Shown: positions 41,265-53,421 of the stretch, piece by piece
Layout: the number at the start of each line of letters is the position of its first letter
Numbering within the stretch: position 1 is the stretch's first letter
Source: Podospora anserina
Lineage: Eukaryota
Direction: 5' to 3'
DNA length: 64,000 nucleotides
Assembly: GCA_017654855.1 (NCBI GenBank)
Contig: CM030336.1
Span: forward strand, 2,418,001-2,482,000
Notes under the pieces: model-generated
Told to the model about the DNA's origin: nothing
Databases searched by the model: none
What the model saw: only the letters and a program-made list of their open reading frames with translations
Made by a program: the position numbers and the translations under genes

Positions 41265-41848
41265 GGCTACTAATGAGGTTAAGAAAGACACGGGAAAAAG
41301 GAAGGGGAAAGTATCAACTGTTTGGATATTAAGTATCATACGCCTCATGCAAGACAGGACCCAGCTCTATATATACAAATTTTATGCATCCCTCGTGAAG
41401 CTACCCCGCATCCCATGTGTTCCTCTCTTCACCTCGCAGGTCATGTAAACCAAAGAGAACGACGTAATGACATCCAGAAAAGCCACTATCATCGTCCTGC
41501 AGGAAGGCTATCAGTGAACGCCGAGACTCTCTTGCATCCCAGACCCACGCCGTTGGAGGAAGCTACTGCAGCATTCGCAGTGTTCTTGGACGGCCCCCGC
41601 ACGCTCCACCACGGCAGACGAGGTGGGAAGAGGGGCCGTGATAAGAAGGCTACTGCAAAGGTATCCATATACAAATAGGAATTGAGGCCGGAGATAACGC
41701 GGACTGCTGAGGTCCCAAGCATCATCCATTGGCCAATAACAAAACGTGAGAGCAATGGCCTTGAGAAAAGAGATAGGAAATGGCATTTCCAACTTGGATC
41801 CGTCAGTCATCCACATCTGTCAGAATCACTGATGCGAATACCGCCTCA

Positions 41849-43104
41849 TTACTCAGTTATCGGTCTTGCCTCTGGGTGTGGATCTGTCTCGGAGTAGGCA
41901 GGCGGCTTGTCGTGGAGTGTATCGAGTTTGTCGAGGCTCAGGCTTAGGAACTTTTGCTTGTTCTTCCACTCGACCTGACCGGCTGCAAACTCTTTGGCCT
42001 CGGCCGGGGCCGGAGGGGGGTCGGTGATCTTGGTAATGAGATAGGCAGTGCTCTGTTGGGTGTTAGTCATTACCCTCGTGGTTTCTTCGCCGGACAAAGG
42101 GAGAGAAGACTTACAGCTTCGGCAATGCCATAAATCAACACTCCCAACAATGGAGTCTTCAACAGCGTGTAAAATCCAATGCCGAATCCAAACAAGAGCC
42201 CCTCACGGCTCCGGAACCACTGTTTCTTCTGCTCCTTGGTAAACTTGATTCTCGCAAAGTAGGGCTCCAACAGCTCTCTGACCAGGCCTCTACTAGCAAA
42301 GTAGCTCTGCAAGAAGATAACCAGATACCTCCTAGGCAGCAGAATCCCCGTTCCGAAGATAATCCCGGCTGGTCCCAGCCCGACAGCCTTGTTAAACGTG
42401 TAGAAACTAGCAGCAGGCAGCACAAACCGCCCCACATACGGCAAGTAACTCAGCAAAAACACCCCCAAGCTAATCGCGCCCCGTCTCGCGAACCGAAACA
42501 GAAACATACTCACGTTCTCCGCCGTGCTCGTCGAGTTGGTGCTCCCATCGCTCTTCTTGTACAATCTCAGGCTGGGGTAGTACATAGCCCTCAGCTTGGA
42601 CGGGTCCTCGTCATGCTTATGTTTCTGAATATACGTCATATCCACCCACTGCAGGCTATCCATGAACAAGTCGTCGAGAGTAGGTGTGATGTAGCGGACC
42701 AGGCTCATGAAGAAGAGGGGAAATTGAAGGACATGCTCTTCGATGAAGGTGAAGAATGACTCGTCCCAGGGGATGTTGACGAAGAAGGAGAGCACCCAGA
42801 AGAGAATCCGAAGGAGGACGAGAGGGATGACGATGAGAAGACGAATGGCGATTCCGGCTCCGACGGCGATGGCAGCTTGCTTGTAGTGCTCAGAAGTGAA
42901 GAGGCCGGGGTTTTGCATCGCGCGGTGAGCTGATGGGTGTCAGAATCAAATCTCAAGTGTAGATAGGAGTGAAAACATACCACCAACCATGGTCAGTTGG
43001 GCGCCTCGGAGGATGGCGTTGAAGTCGAAGTGGGAGACATCGAGTTTCTGTTTGAGCTTGTCTTTGTCCAGCTGATCTATCAGCGGTTTTTTATTTGAAG
43101 CCAT
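41849..43104 (-). CDS. usgS: UsgS-like transmembrane protein (exons 43104-42981, 42929-42115, 42052-41849)
   Basis: NAILRGAQLTMVGAHRAMQNPGLFTSEHYKQAAIAV, PTLDDLFMDSLQWVD, RELLEPYFARI, YGIAEASTAYLITKITDPPP; several hydrophobic segments. Family recognised from memory. Confidence 0.8.
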
Positions 43105-43465
43105 CTTGGCTGCGGGATTTGGTGAATGTCTGCCTGTTTCTGTCTTTGACTCTTCTGCTGTATAGTGAATGGTGTTGCTTGAGCCCGAGGCAGCTTGATA
43201 TACAGGTATGGATGTTTTTTAAGCTTCAAGCTTCAAGCTTCGAGGCGGCATCTGAGATGTGCCCCTGCCGATGATGTCAACTGTCCCAAGTGGACTGCTA
43301 GTAAAACTCGGCTAAGCCGGAAATGGGTTGACGGGTCCTGGCCCCGCTCTCGAGGGTCGGATGGTAGCACAGGTGCATATTTGATAAGGAGCTACACTTA
43401 GATCAGGTCGACGTTGGTATTACGTCAAGTACCCCTCAAACAGAATCAATATCTGCGTCGCAACG

Positions 43466-44068
43466 GAGCCTGGCTACGCGTTGACATAGCTTTCTTTTAA
43501 AGGTCAGCATGCTAACTAAACTTGGCGATTGGGCCTAAAAGAGACTTTTAATATTAATTAAAGCTAAATATACTAGAAATATATACTTTTTCCTACAAAC
43601 TTACATTTTATAGATTCAAACGCTAATTTTTTCTACTACTATTACTACTATTATTTATTTTTTATATAACTTAACATTTCTAACAGCTCTCATACCTTTA
43701 ATAACTTTAACAGTTTTAACAGTTTTAACAATTTTAACAGTTTTAACAATTTTAACAGTTTTAACAACTAACTCTAACAGTTAGCTTTAACAGCTAGCTT
43801 TAGCAGCTTTAATAAATTTTGTTAGAGTCTTATATAAGTTAAATGTCAATAAGATATATAAAACTATTTATATATAAATTTTTATAGTTTTTACGTCTAT
43901 AAAAAAATCTGATGTATATAATAAAGACCTATTTTTACCTACATTTGTAGACTTTTTTACATTAGAAAACTTTAGCCCTAGTTCGAAGATATAGGGTGGG
44001 GACTTATTCTGGATGTGGTTAGCATGCCGACCTTCGGGAGAAAACCATGCCGGCGCGCAGCCGGGCTC
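43466..44068. mobile_element. Non-autonomous Mutator-like (MULE/MITE) DNA transposon, RIP-mutated, 603 bp
   Basis: 51-bp terminal inverted repeats at 43466-43516 and 44018-44068 (39/51 identical, all 12 differences transitions). Perfect 9-bp direct repeat GTCGCAACG at 43457-43465 and 44069-44077. Very AT- and TpA-rich interior. Confidence 0.88.
43696..43767 (+). repeat. 9-bp tandem repeat (YTTTAAYAR) x8 inside the transposon
   Basis: ctttaataa ctttaacag ttttaacag ttttaacaa ttttaacag ttttaacaa ttttaacag ttttaacaa. Confidence 0.9.
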
Positions 44069-44733
44069 GTCGCAACGGCCCACGGTGCCATAGTTCGCCG
44101 CAATGGACAGGAAACCCCGGCCCGTTGAAGGGGCTATGGGCGCTCTCCTGGGGATCCTGGACGTTGAATCAGACGTTGAATCAAATCTAAATTCTCGTCA
44201 GAAAGACCGGACAATTCCAGCTTCTCGAGAATTTTCAACGCCGTTTGTCCATCCTGTCCTGCCCTGCGTTTGCCGCGGCCGTTGCTGGAATCAAATCCGA
44301 CACGGCAGAACAAGGACGGGAGTGGGGCAGCTTTTCGCAGTTGCGCCCACAGCGGTTCGTTCGGCGTCAGCTTTGCTCCCTTTTGGCCACTGATTGTGAC
44401 GGAAGAGACGGTACTGTCTTCAACTTCATCCGTTTGCCAGCTTCTTTGCCCATTGTACTCGCTCTTTTCTTGTCGCATCCAGCGTCCAGCATTACTAGCC
44501 CGGCCCCCCTCTACAGTGCTGTCACGTAGCACCAGCAACCTCCCCGGCAAATCTGTCGATAGATCAGAATCATCGTCCCATTTCGAAACACATCTCTTTA
44601 TAACACCAGTTTCGCATCCGCATAGCCGCCGAGATCTCCGAGTCCAGTCTTCCTGTTGGCCTCCTATCTCTGCGTCATGCCCGCAGCTCTTCAACCCACG
44701 CGATCATGATTTACGACCTGAACTGAATGAACA

Positions 44734-46851
44734 ATGGACTCCTCGCGAACACGGGGAGCATCTTTCATGGCTCCGCGCCGCGTCTTTACGGCACCAGTCC
44801 ACCAGCCTGCGGTAGCGCCCCCGCGGCCATCTTCCTCCTCCGCTTCGCAACCCACCAGCGGTCTCGTCGATACTCTTTACGACCATCCTAATGTGAAAAT
44901 CGTTTCCTTCTCGGCAGGATCCCAGTTCCTTGCCATTGGCTCCAAAGGCACGGGTCCCGACATTGAGCCTGGCTCGCTATCTTGGTCCTCACAGTTAGAG
45001 CGGACCATTGCAGTCGGTACGCGAGACACAACATCTGCCGTGGCAACTGAACTCTAATTCCTCATGTTTACAGGACCTTTCCGCATTTACCGCGCCCCTG
45101 GATCAGTCGCATTCCTGAGCTGCGGCTCTGCATTACAACCCATTTTGAAGAAGAGTCAGGTCTGGTGCGTGGACGAAGAATCCAGCAAGTTCGTACTACA
45201 GATACGACGCCCCCAGTATTGGCGGATTGAAGTACCAGTGAAGGATCCCGAGGACCAGCGACGAGCCGAAGTGTTGCGAGAGGTCTTTGACCAGATTCTG
45301 CAGTTTGAAAAGACTCCATGTCCTTTCGCGAGGTCTTTCACCGTTGACCTTCCAGAAAGCGCTCCTGTCAAGTTGAAGCCATGGACACCAGCGCGGAGAT
45401 CCAGTGCCTGCCTCCCTGTGCGACCATCTACGCCAGTCGAGATTGCGCATATTCATCGGGGTCCACCACGAGGGTCGATTTGCCTTGGCGACCTGTCATT
45501 GAGTGAACAAGGCAAATACTTGGATTCGACACTGGGAGAAAACCCAAGAGAACACAAGGCAAAATCCCAGGCTCATGAGGGCTCGCCTGTAGGAGAGCCG
45601 AGCGGAAATGCGTTGCGCCCATCACCCCTTAAGATTAAGAAGACTGAAGAAAAGGGGCCTGTCACCCCTCCACAGCTCACAGTGGTCACGCCGCCCCCTT
45701 CAAATCCCAAAAAGACGAGGATTCCACGAGAAGTATCACCCAAGAGTGCCAGCTTTCAGTCACCAGAAAATTCTCAGGATTCCTTTCGCAGTCCGGATTC
45801 ATGGGCTTCAAACTCTCTACCTTTGTCCCCACCCCTGTCCAGCCCAGGGTCCCCTCGAAGCTCTCTACCCTTCAGAACTAGCCTCCAGAACTCATGCCTT
45901 GATACCCCTACAACACCCGTTGCAGCACCTAGCAACAACCTTGCCACAGCCGCCAAGGCATCACAGTCATGGAGTATCTCCACCTCCGAATCCGGAAGGA
46001 CGGAGAACAGCGAGGAAGCCACTCTATCCTCCTTCATCTCTGAATTGGAATGCTCCCCAAAGTCCAAGGCCCCAGCGCCAAGACAACAGTCTATTCCTTC
46101 CATTATCCACTCGGTCCCAGAAGAAGCCATCGAAGACGAGCCAGAGTACGAGTCCTTCCCCACAGCGTTCACCACACCAACTCCTACCATTTCCATCTCG
46201 CCATCTCCTTCCTCGACGACGATCACCACACCCACCCAACAGCAACGCCGTCCGGGTATCCGCCGGGCTACTACTTCATCTTCGCTATCCCCCGACCGTA
46301 GGGCGTTGTCTCCTCTCCCCCCTGCAGCGGACCTCTTCACCCCACGCAGCACACTCACATCTTCCCCACCTTCTAACCGCCAGATGCGCAGTCTGCCGAT
46401 GATGGTGGTGCAAAAGACGTGCGAGATTCTGATGTCACCTCCCTCTCACCTCATCAGTCTGATGCTGAAGATTGCGGCGAGGATCTTGGCAGGGGAGTGG
46501 AAGGGGTTGATATTTGGGTGGGGGGAGAAGGGGGAGAGGTTGGAAGTGGAGTGGGATTGGAGTGATGACGACATCAGTCCTCAGCAGCAGCAGAGAAAGA
46601 AGACGACGGGGACAAGGGCGAGGGGGTGGTCGACGCTTACGGTTAATAATAGTAATGGTAATAATGCGAATGAGAGGGTGGATGACTGGTGGTTGAAGAG
46701 GAAGAAGAGTAGGGATCGGATGGCGGGGACTTTCCCGGAGAGTGATGATGATGAGGAGGAGGGGGTTGATCCTCTCGAGGTTAAGAACAGGAGGGTGAAG
46801 GCGTTGAGTGGTGGGGAGGATGAGGATGCGATGAGCTCGGGGGTGGATTAG
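44734..46851 (+). CDS. INP1: Inheritance of peroxisomes protein 1 (exons 44734-45016, 45074-46851)
   Basis: Inp1-domain-like LYDHPNVKIVSF, ERTIAVGPFRIYRAPGSVAFLSCGSALQPILKKSQVWCVD, FVLQIRRPQYWRIE; long Ser/Pro-rich tail; intron 45017-45073. Confidence 0.82.
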
Positions 46852-47626
46852 AGGCTTTACCCCCGGTTTGTTGTTGGATCATCATCATCTCCTGAGCTGT
46901 CGTCGCCTATGAGGAGGAAGAGGAGGGGGTTTTTTGAGGCGTTGAGGGAGGCGGGGGTTTTACTTGGGACTGGGGGGGGTGCTGGTGGGGGGGTTTCTTT
47001 TTGATGGGTTGGTTTGGATTTTGTATGATTAGTTCCTTTTTTTGGGGGGGATGGGGATGGGGGGGGTAGGAAGAATCACAGGCTTCGTCAAGGTATTAAG
47101 GGGGTACGGATCATGAAATGATACCTGGACAATTGGGACAAGGGATATGATGGGGGTATGGGTGGATTGGGTTGATTGAGAGTACCATACATGCTATGAA
47201 GTACAAGCCGGACAGAGAGAGTTTGTTTGGTAATTTTGTGTATGAGATAATCAGAGAATGGTAGGGGGCGTTTGTCGGATAGGTGTGGTGCTTTTTGGAA
47301 TTTGTATATGTATACGTAGAGTGAATATCCCTTGTTTAAGTACGCTCCTGGGAGATGGATGGGTGGACTGGACGGGGTTTCCAGACACGGCGGGAGAGAG
47401 AGGCAGAGAATGCACCACAAGCATTTATTAAAATCATGATTTATTTTAAACCCAAGGTTCTTTTCATTGAATTCTTGGTTAATCTCTTTGAGCGACGCTA
47501 ATACCCTCCTCCTCCCATCCCCAGCCTGTTTGCTAATGCATGCGTGCTTGTGTACAAATATATAAAATTGTTACAACCCCCCCTCTTCTCCCTTAGGTAG
47601 GTCGTTTGATGCGAAAGAGGCACAAT

Positions 47627-48620
47627 CTACTGAATCGTCATCTCGCCAAACTCCTTGTGCCCCGTCTCCTTCTGGTGCACACCCGCCTCCTTCATCCCCT
47701 TGCCGATCCACTGGCACACTTCGCACTTGATGACGAAATCGGTTGTGTCAGTGTAGTAGTGCATCCTCTGGAGTTGCGCAGCGAGCTGTCTCGCCTTTGT
47801 GAGCACCTCCTCGTCTTGCGTGTCCCATTTTGTTACATCGCAGTCCACAGGGTAGGAGAGGTCAAGGGCAAAGGCGATGCGATCGTAGTGGATGCCGCTG
47901 TAGAGAATGATTATGCGGGTCTCTTTGCCTTCGCCAAAGCGGTCGACTCGGAGGGACTTGACATCGATGGAGGAAATCTCAATGTCGTAAATGTCGGAGA
48001 GGATGGAGAGCTCGATGGCGCCGCCCCAGGTGTCCTGTTCCATGAGGTGGGAGCAATACTTTTGTGGGGGCGAGCCCAGGATGGCAGCGGTGTATTTTTC
48101 TGGGTGGGTGAGGATGTACTCGGTGATTTGGGCGCGAAGGCGAGAGGATGGGTTGTCGATGGAGAGGGCGCCTCCTACTGCGGTGAACATGCAGCTGTTG
48201 TCGTCGGGCATTACTCTTAGGACTGTGGTGCGTTAGCAGAGTTGGGAAGGTGGAGGGAGAAAGAGGCGTACCTATGTAACCGCCTCGGGAGGCCCACTCG
48301 AGGGATGTCTCATCGGGTTCTATCCCTTTAGGGACAAACGCTGGCTTCGCTGGCTTGGCTGGCTCTGGAGCTGGAACAGGTGTGGTATCGATGGGTGCGA
48401 CGACGATTGTCTCCCCACGGAGCTTCAGGTCTTTTATACTTGAGCTTTGTGAAGAGAGACTGATGTCCAGGTTCTTGAGTGGGTAGCCGTATTTCAGGCT
48501 GAACCTCTCAAGCTCGGTCTTTGATTTGATGAGCGCCACAAGGTCGGAGAGGGTCGACTCGTCCTCAACCTGGATTCGAGATTGCCCATTAGGGGCTCGG
48601 AGGGCGATTTGAATCATCAT
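47627..48620 (-). CDS. OTU1: Ubiquitin thioesterase OTU1 (exons 48620-48272, 48222-47627)
   Basis: N-terminal UBX/Ubl-like domain (YGYP); OTU catalytic motifs VLRVMPDDNSCMF, WGGAIELSIL, YSGIHYD; C-terminal C2H2 finger CEVC...HQKETGH. Confidence 0.94.
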
Positions 48621-49682
48621 CTTGTGAGAGTGTGGTATAGGTTGAGGCCGAGGAAGGTATGAGTTGCCAGCTCTTGAGGAGGTTGTTGCTTGAGAAGGTT
48701 GAGAACGGAAATTATGCCAGACAAGTCAAATATATATACCGGTACCACGAGAGTAAGAGCCCCACAGTATCTGATTTGAAGTTAATGCCCCAAAGATAGA
48801 AGTGAGTTGTGAGGCTCTTATCGCAGATCGTCTGAACCTTTGCGAGGTGAAGAGATGAGCTGGGGGAACATGTTAGTCTAGGTTCTTATCTGCGTTCTTT
48901 GAAGAGATGACACAATATCAGACGAGGGGAGTGATGCACCTATCAAGCAAGCCAGGGGCAAATCAGGAGCAATGAGTCTTGTGCCGTCGATTTTTTTTGA
49001 CTTGGTAAACAAAAGCTTGCTATGAGTCTGATACCAAAGGAAAATGCCCGATTCGGAGCTCTCGTCTGGTTGGGCGTGAGATGTGAGCCGACGTCACAGC
49101 GGCAGTTGTTATCGATGCGGATGGGAGGTGGGTGTTAGCGATCGACTTGGGATGTCTTGTGAGCACTGTCTCAGAGCAAGAGATATAAGTGATAAAAAAA
49201 AGCTTCGAGAGCAGGTGAAGCCGCTGGGACTAGTAAAGACCGAAAGACAAACTTTTTAACAACGGCGCCTGTTGGAGTCTCTCGTGATCCAACCCTACAA
49301 GCTTGTGGATGGGCTTCCCAATGTCGTAAGCTACCAGCTGCCTCGGGCGTGTCACGGGCCAGGGGCACCTTGGTGGGCAATATGTTTATATCCGATATGG
49401 GAGAGAGCAGGGGTCCGTGCGCCAACCAAGAACAACGCGCTAGCTGCAAGGCCGGCCACAGCGACATTTCTGGGCTGGTGTCTCTCAGCTGTGGAGAAAG
49501 TCGCGACGGGACTTGACTCGGTTCAACACTGGCACACAGGCACATCTAGGCACAGAGCTCCCTCTCACTGGTCACTGGTCACTGGCACGGTCACTGGCAC
49601 TTGTGGCTCCAGCCGGTTGAGGTACCCCCATCGAAACAGTGTCTTGGAAACCCTGCTCCTCCAAGTTCGTGTACCGAGTACG

Positions 49683-52600
49683 ATGCCCACTTTGCGCGAA
49701 CGTCCCAGCAGAGGCGATATCTCGCCCGCCAAGAAGAGCTCCGGAAACAGCTCCCAATTCTCACCCAGCACAAGCAAATCCGCCAGATCCTCCCTCCGAG
49801 AGAGTGTTCCCAGGGACGCCATCGAAGTCCGAGAAACGATAGAAGCCAAGGGCGACCAGGAAGAAGACGTCGACATGGCCTACGCCGACGCGCCGACGCG
49901 CCCAAGCATCAAGGGAGGCCCCGATGCCGACACCGAAATGGTTGATGCCGGAGCTGCCAGCATTGACGCGAAACCAGATGTCGATGCAGATGGCGACGTA
50001 GATGCTGATGGGGAGCCTGATGCCGACGGCGAGCCAGACGAACAGGCGCAAGAAGACCAGGAAGAATCAGACGAAGAGAAGGATATGCTCCAGCTCATCA
50101 GAGAAACATCCGAATACTTGTGTGGTTACACAATCAAGGTTGATGGAGAGTAAGTCTTATATCACTTGTCATGCGATGCGCCGCGATGCTGATTGGATCG
50201 CAACCAAAAAACAGAGACCACGAGATTGCCTCGGGGTTTCAGCGCCTCGTCAACAAGCGCAGCCTCCCAGACTATTTTGAAGTCATCAAAGAGCCAATGG
50301 CTTTTAGTACCATAAGAGTGAGTTGCCGTGGCTTACCCTGCTCCATCCTCCCAACGAGAAAAACGAGGGGCGGCTTGCTGACCTAACCGCATGGCTGCAG
50401 GGCAAGCTTAACAAAAGAACCTATACCTCGTTCAAAGAGTTCGTGCATGACGTGACGCGCATATGCCACAATGCGCAGGTGTACAACAGGCCCTCTGCTC
50501 CCATCTTTTCCGATGCTGGCCGTCTGCTGGAAGTGTTCAAGGAGAAGCTTGCAGAGCTGGTCAAGGACGGTGATATTACTGCAGAGGAAGCTGTGCTGCC
50601 GGACCTTGGACCACTGCCAGAGTTTGAAGATTCCCCTCCCCCTGAAGACGACGAAGAGGAAGAGCAGGATGATGAGGAAGAGGAAGAAGATGAGGAAGAA
50701 GAGGATGACGATTCGGACGACGAAGGCAGGCGGCGTCGCTCAAGAAGAGGTGGGCGTCGGGCGAGGAGAGGCGCAGACAACGACGATGATCCTCACAAAA
50801 AGCGTGGCAGACCGCCCAAGGTCTTGACGCCTCTGGAGGCGCGAACCCAGTCGCTTCTGAAGGGACTGCGGAGGTTCAAGAGCGACGATGGCCAGCTGCG
50901 AATTTTGTCGTTCGAGAGGCTTCCTGACAAGGCTGACATGCCCGACTATTATGCCTCGATTCGAAACCCCATTGCGCTCGACACCATCAAGAAGAAGCAC
51001 AAGCGCAAAAAGTACACCACCATCGACCAGGTCCTGCAGGATCTAGAGTTGATGTTTGGCAACGCTATGCAGTTCAACGAGGAGGGGAGCCAGGTTCATG
51101 AAGACGCTACCGAGTTGCTGAAGCAGGCGCGTCTTCTTACTGAAGAAGAGAAGGCCAAGCCTGACGATGAGTTTCGTGATGAGGATGGAAAGCTACCACT
51201 ATCACATATCGAGCACAAAGGAGAGGTCTGGAGAGTTGGTAAGTTGCCCCCCTTGCCACCGCTGGGTGAAGGAAGACGCATAGATGCATACTGACTCCAA
51301 TTCGGTTGAAGGCGACTGGGTCCATATTCGTAATGCGAATGACTTGCAAAAACCAATCGTTGCCCAGCTCTACCGGCTCTGGTCTGACGCTTCTGGTCAA
51401 AAGTGGGTGAATGCGTGCTGGTACTACCGGCCGGAGCAGACAGTTCATCGCTTTGACAAGCATTTTTATGAGAACGAGGTAGTCAAGACGGGGCAGTACC
51501 GTGACCACCCCATTGAAGATGTCGAGGATCGCTGCTTCGTCATGTTCATCACGCGGTACCCCAGAGGTCGGCCGCGTGGGCTGCCTCGGGACAAGGCTGT
51601 GTATCTGTGTGAGGCGCGCTACAACGAGGAAAAGTTCAAGTTTAACAAGATCAAGACTTGGACCAGCTGTCTGCCAGACGAGGTGCGCGATCGGGACTAT
51701 GAAATGGACCTGTTTGAGCAGCCACGGGTGCTGAGAAAGGTTCCCAGTCCCATCAAGCACCTCTTGCAAGCTGATGCTAAAGAGACCGACGACCTTCCCA
51801 AGCCCACCTGGAGGAGCATGAACGCGCCTCCCCTAATTGGAGCCGTCCACCGCCGGCCGCGCGAGCCAAATGTAAGTCTGGCTCCCTGTTTCTTTCCTTC
51901 CCTGAGTGTTTGTCAGGCAAGTGTCTGTTCGCTGCAGCCGGCTTTTACGGTTTGCTGAATTTTTCAACCCCACACTCTTCTCTTACCTCAGGTCGCTCTG
52001 GACAACTTGCCTCCCTTCCTTCATTTTGCCCTTTGTTGCCTAAGGCACAGCAAGCACACACACACACACCACATCAGGCGCCTATCTCATCTCGTCTTCT
52101 CATAACCTCATCCACTCTTCCCTTCATTACCTACTCCATCCTGCCACAACCACAACCACAACCACAATCACAATCACAACCACGACCAACCCGCTTGTTC
52201 CTGTCCGACCATAAGCTGACATTTAGCCCAAAGGAGTCGCCTCCCCCCGCTCCGAATCCCTTGCTGCACACAGCGGTCGCACCTGTGCCGCTGGCCATCG
52301 GACCTCCTCGTGTCGCCATGAAGGTCGAACATGGTGTCGTGGGAGCACCGCCCTATCAGCACCATGCTGCCGTCGCGCCTGCGCCCATCCACTCGCCGGC
52401 TTCTCACTATCGCATGCAGCACTTTGTGCCACAACAGCCACCGCCCTCGGTCCCCAGTCCTCACCCGGCACCGCTCCATCTCCAACCCCAGCCCCAGCAG
52501 CCGATGCCAATGCACGTGCCGCCCCATCCTGGTATGGGACAGCAAATGCAGCCAAGCCCACACTACCCACCCCATGGGTACCCACAACAGTACGGCCCGC

Positions 52601-53421
52601 AGCAGCCACCGGCTCAGCCGCCGCAACCACTTCATTATCAGCAACACCCTCCACCACCCATTGCGCCCGCTTTCGAGCAACATCAACATCACCCCCAGCA
52701 CCACCGCCAAGTTCATCCCGCGCCCCCCGTCATGACACCCTCTCGCCCACCCATGGCTCCCGCCCCCAGCATCGCACCTCTCGCGCACCCCAACGGCCCA
52801 CCAGCCAATGTGTACAATCCGCCTAGGGCTCCCGAGGCGTATACTCTCGCTGAGCACGCCGACGCGGCCATCCCCAAGGAAGTCCGTGAGCAGTTTCAAC
52901 GCGACGAGAATGGTCGTGTCCTCTTTTTCACGGCCCCTCCGCTCAAGCGCGCCAACAATGGCGTCTCACAAGAATATGCCCACCTGGGTCACAGCGTGGA
53001 GCACTTGGCCAACATCAAACAGATCCGTGCAGAGCGCGCGCGTAAACGCAAGGAGCGGGACGAGGCTCTTGCCCGTGAGCAAGAGGCCAACAAGAAGCGA
53101 TCACCAAGCGAAGAGGCGTCCGCGCAGAAATCGATTGAGCAGGAGCAGCAAGCCCGAGCACAACTGATGGAGAGGGTCATTCTTGATTGGTGTGCGGAGC
53201 TCAACAAGGGCACCGAAGCTCTCGAGAAGGATCTTGGTGAAGGGTGGAAGGAGATGATGCAGCAGAGCCGGGAGGAGAACAAGGGCTTGACGGAAGAAGA
53301 GATCAAACAAAAGAATCTGCGGTGGTTTTACGAGGACCTCGAGAAGACAGGCAAGATCACGTCAGAGAAGCGAAAGGAGATGGAGAAGATGTTTCTGAAC
53401 AAGAAGCATTTGGAGGCTTGA
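49683..53421 (+). CDS. RSC1: RSC chromatin-remodelling subunit Rsc1/Rsc2 (exons 49683-50149, 50215-50317, 50401-51238, 51312-51871, 52234-53421)
   Basis: Two bromodomains (PDYFEVIKEPMA...NAQVYN; PDYYASIRNPIALD...NAMQFN), AT-hook KKRGRPPK, BAH domain (VNACWYYRPEQTVH, EVVKTGQYRDH), C-terminal FQRDENGRVLFFTAPP. Confidence 0.93.

Noticed and set aside
49272-49682. Upstream extension of RSC1 and (CACTGGT)-type repeats at 49566-49600
   Set aside because: Non-ATG start and non-protein-like translation; treated as a promoter/5'UTR simple repeat.
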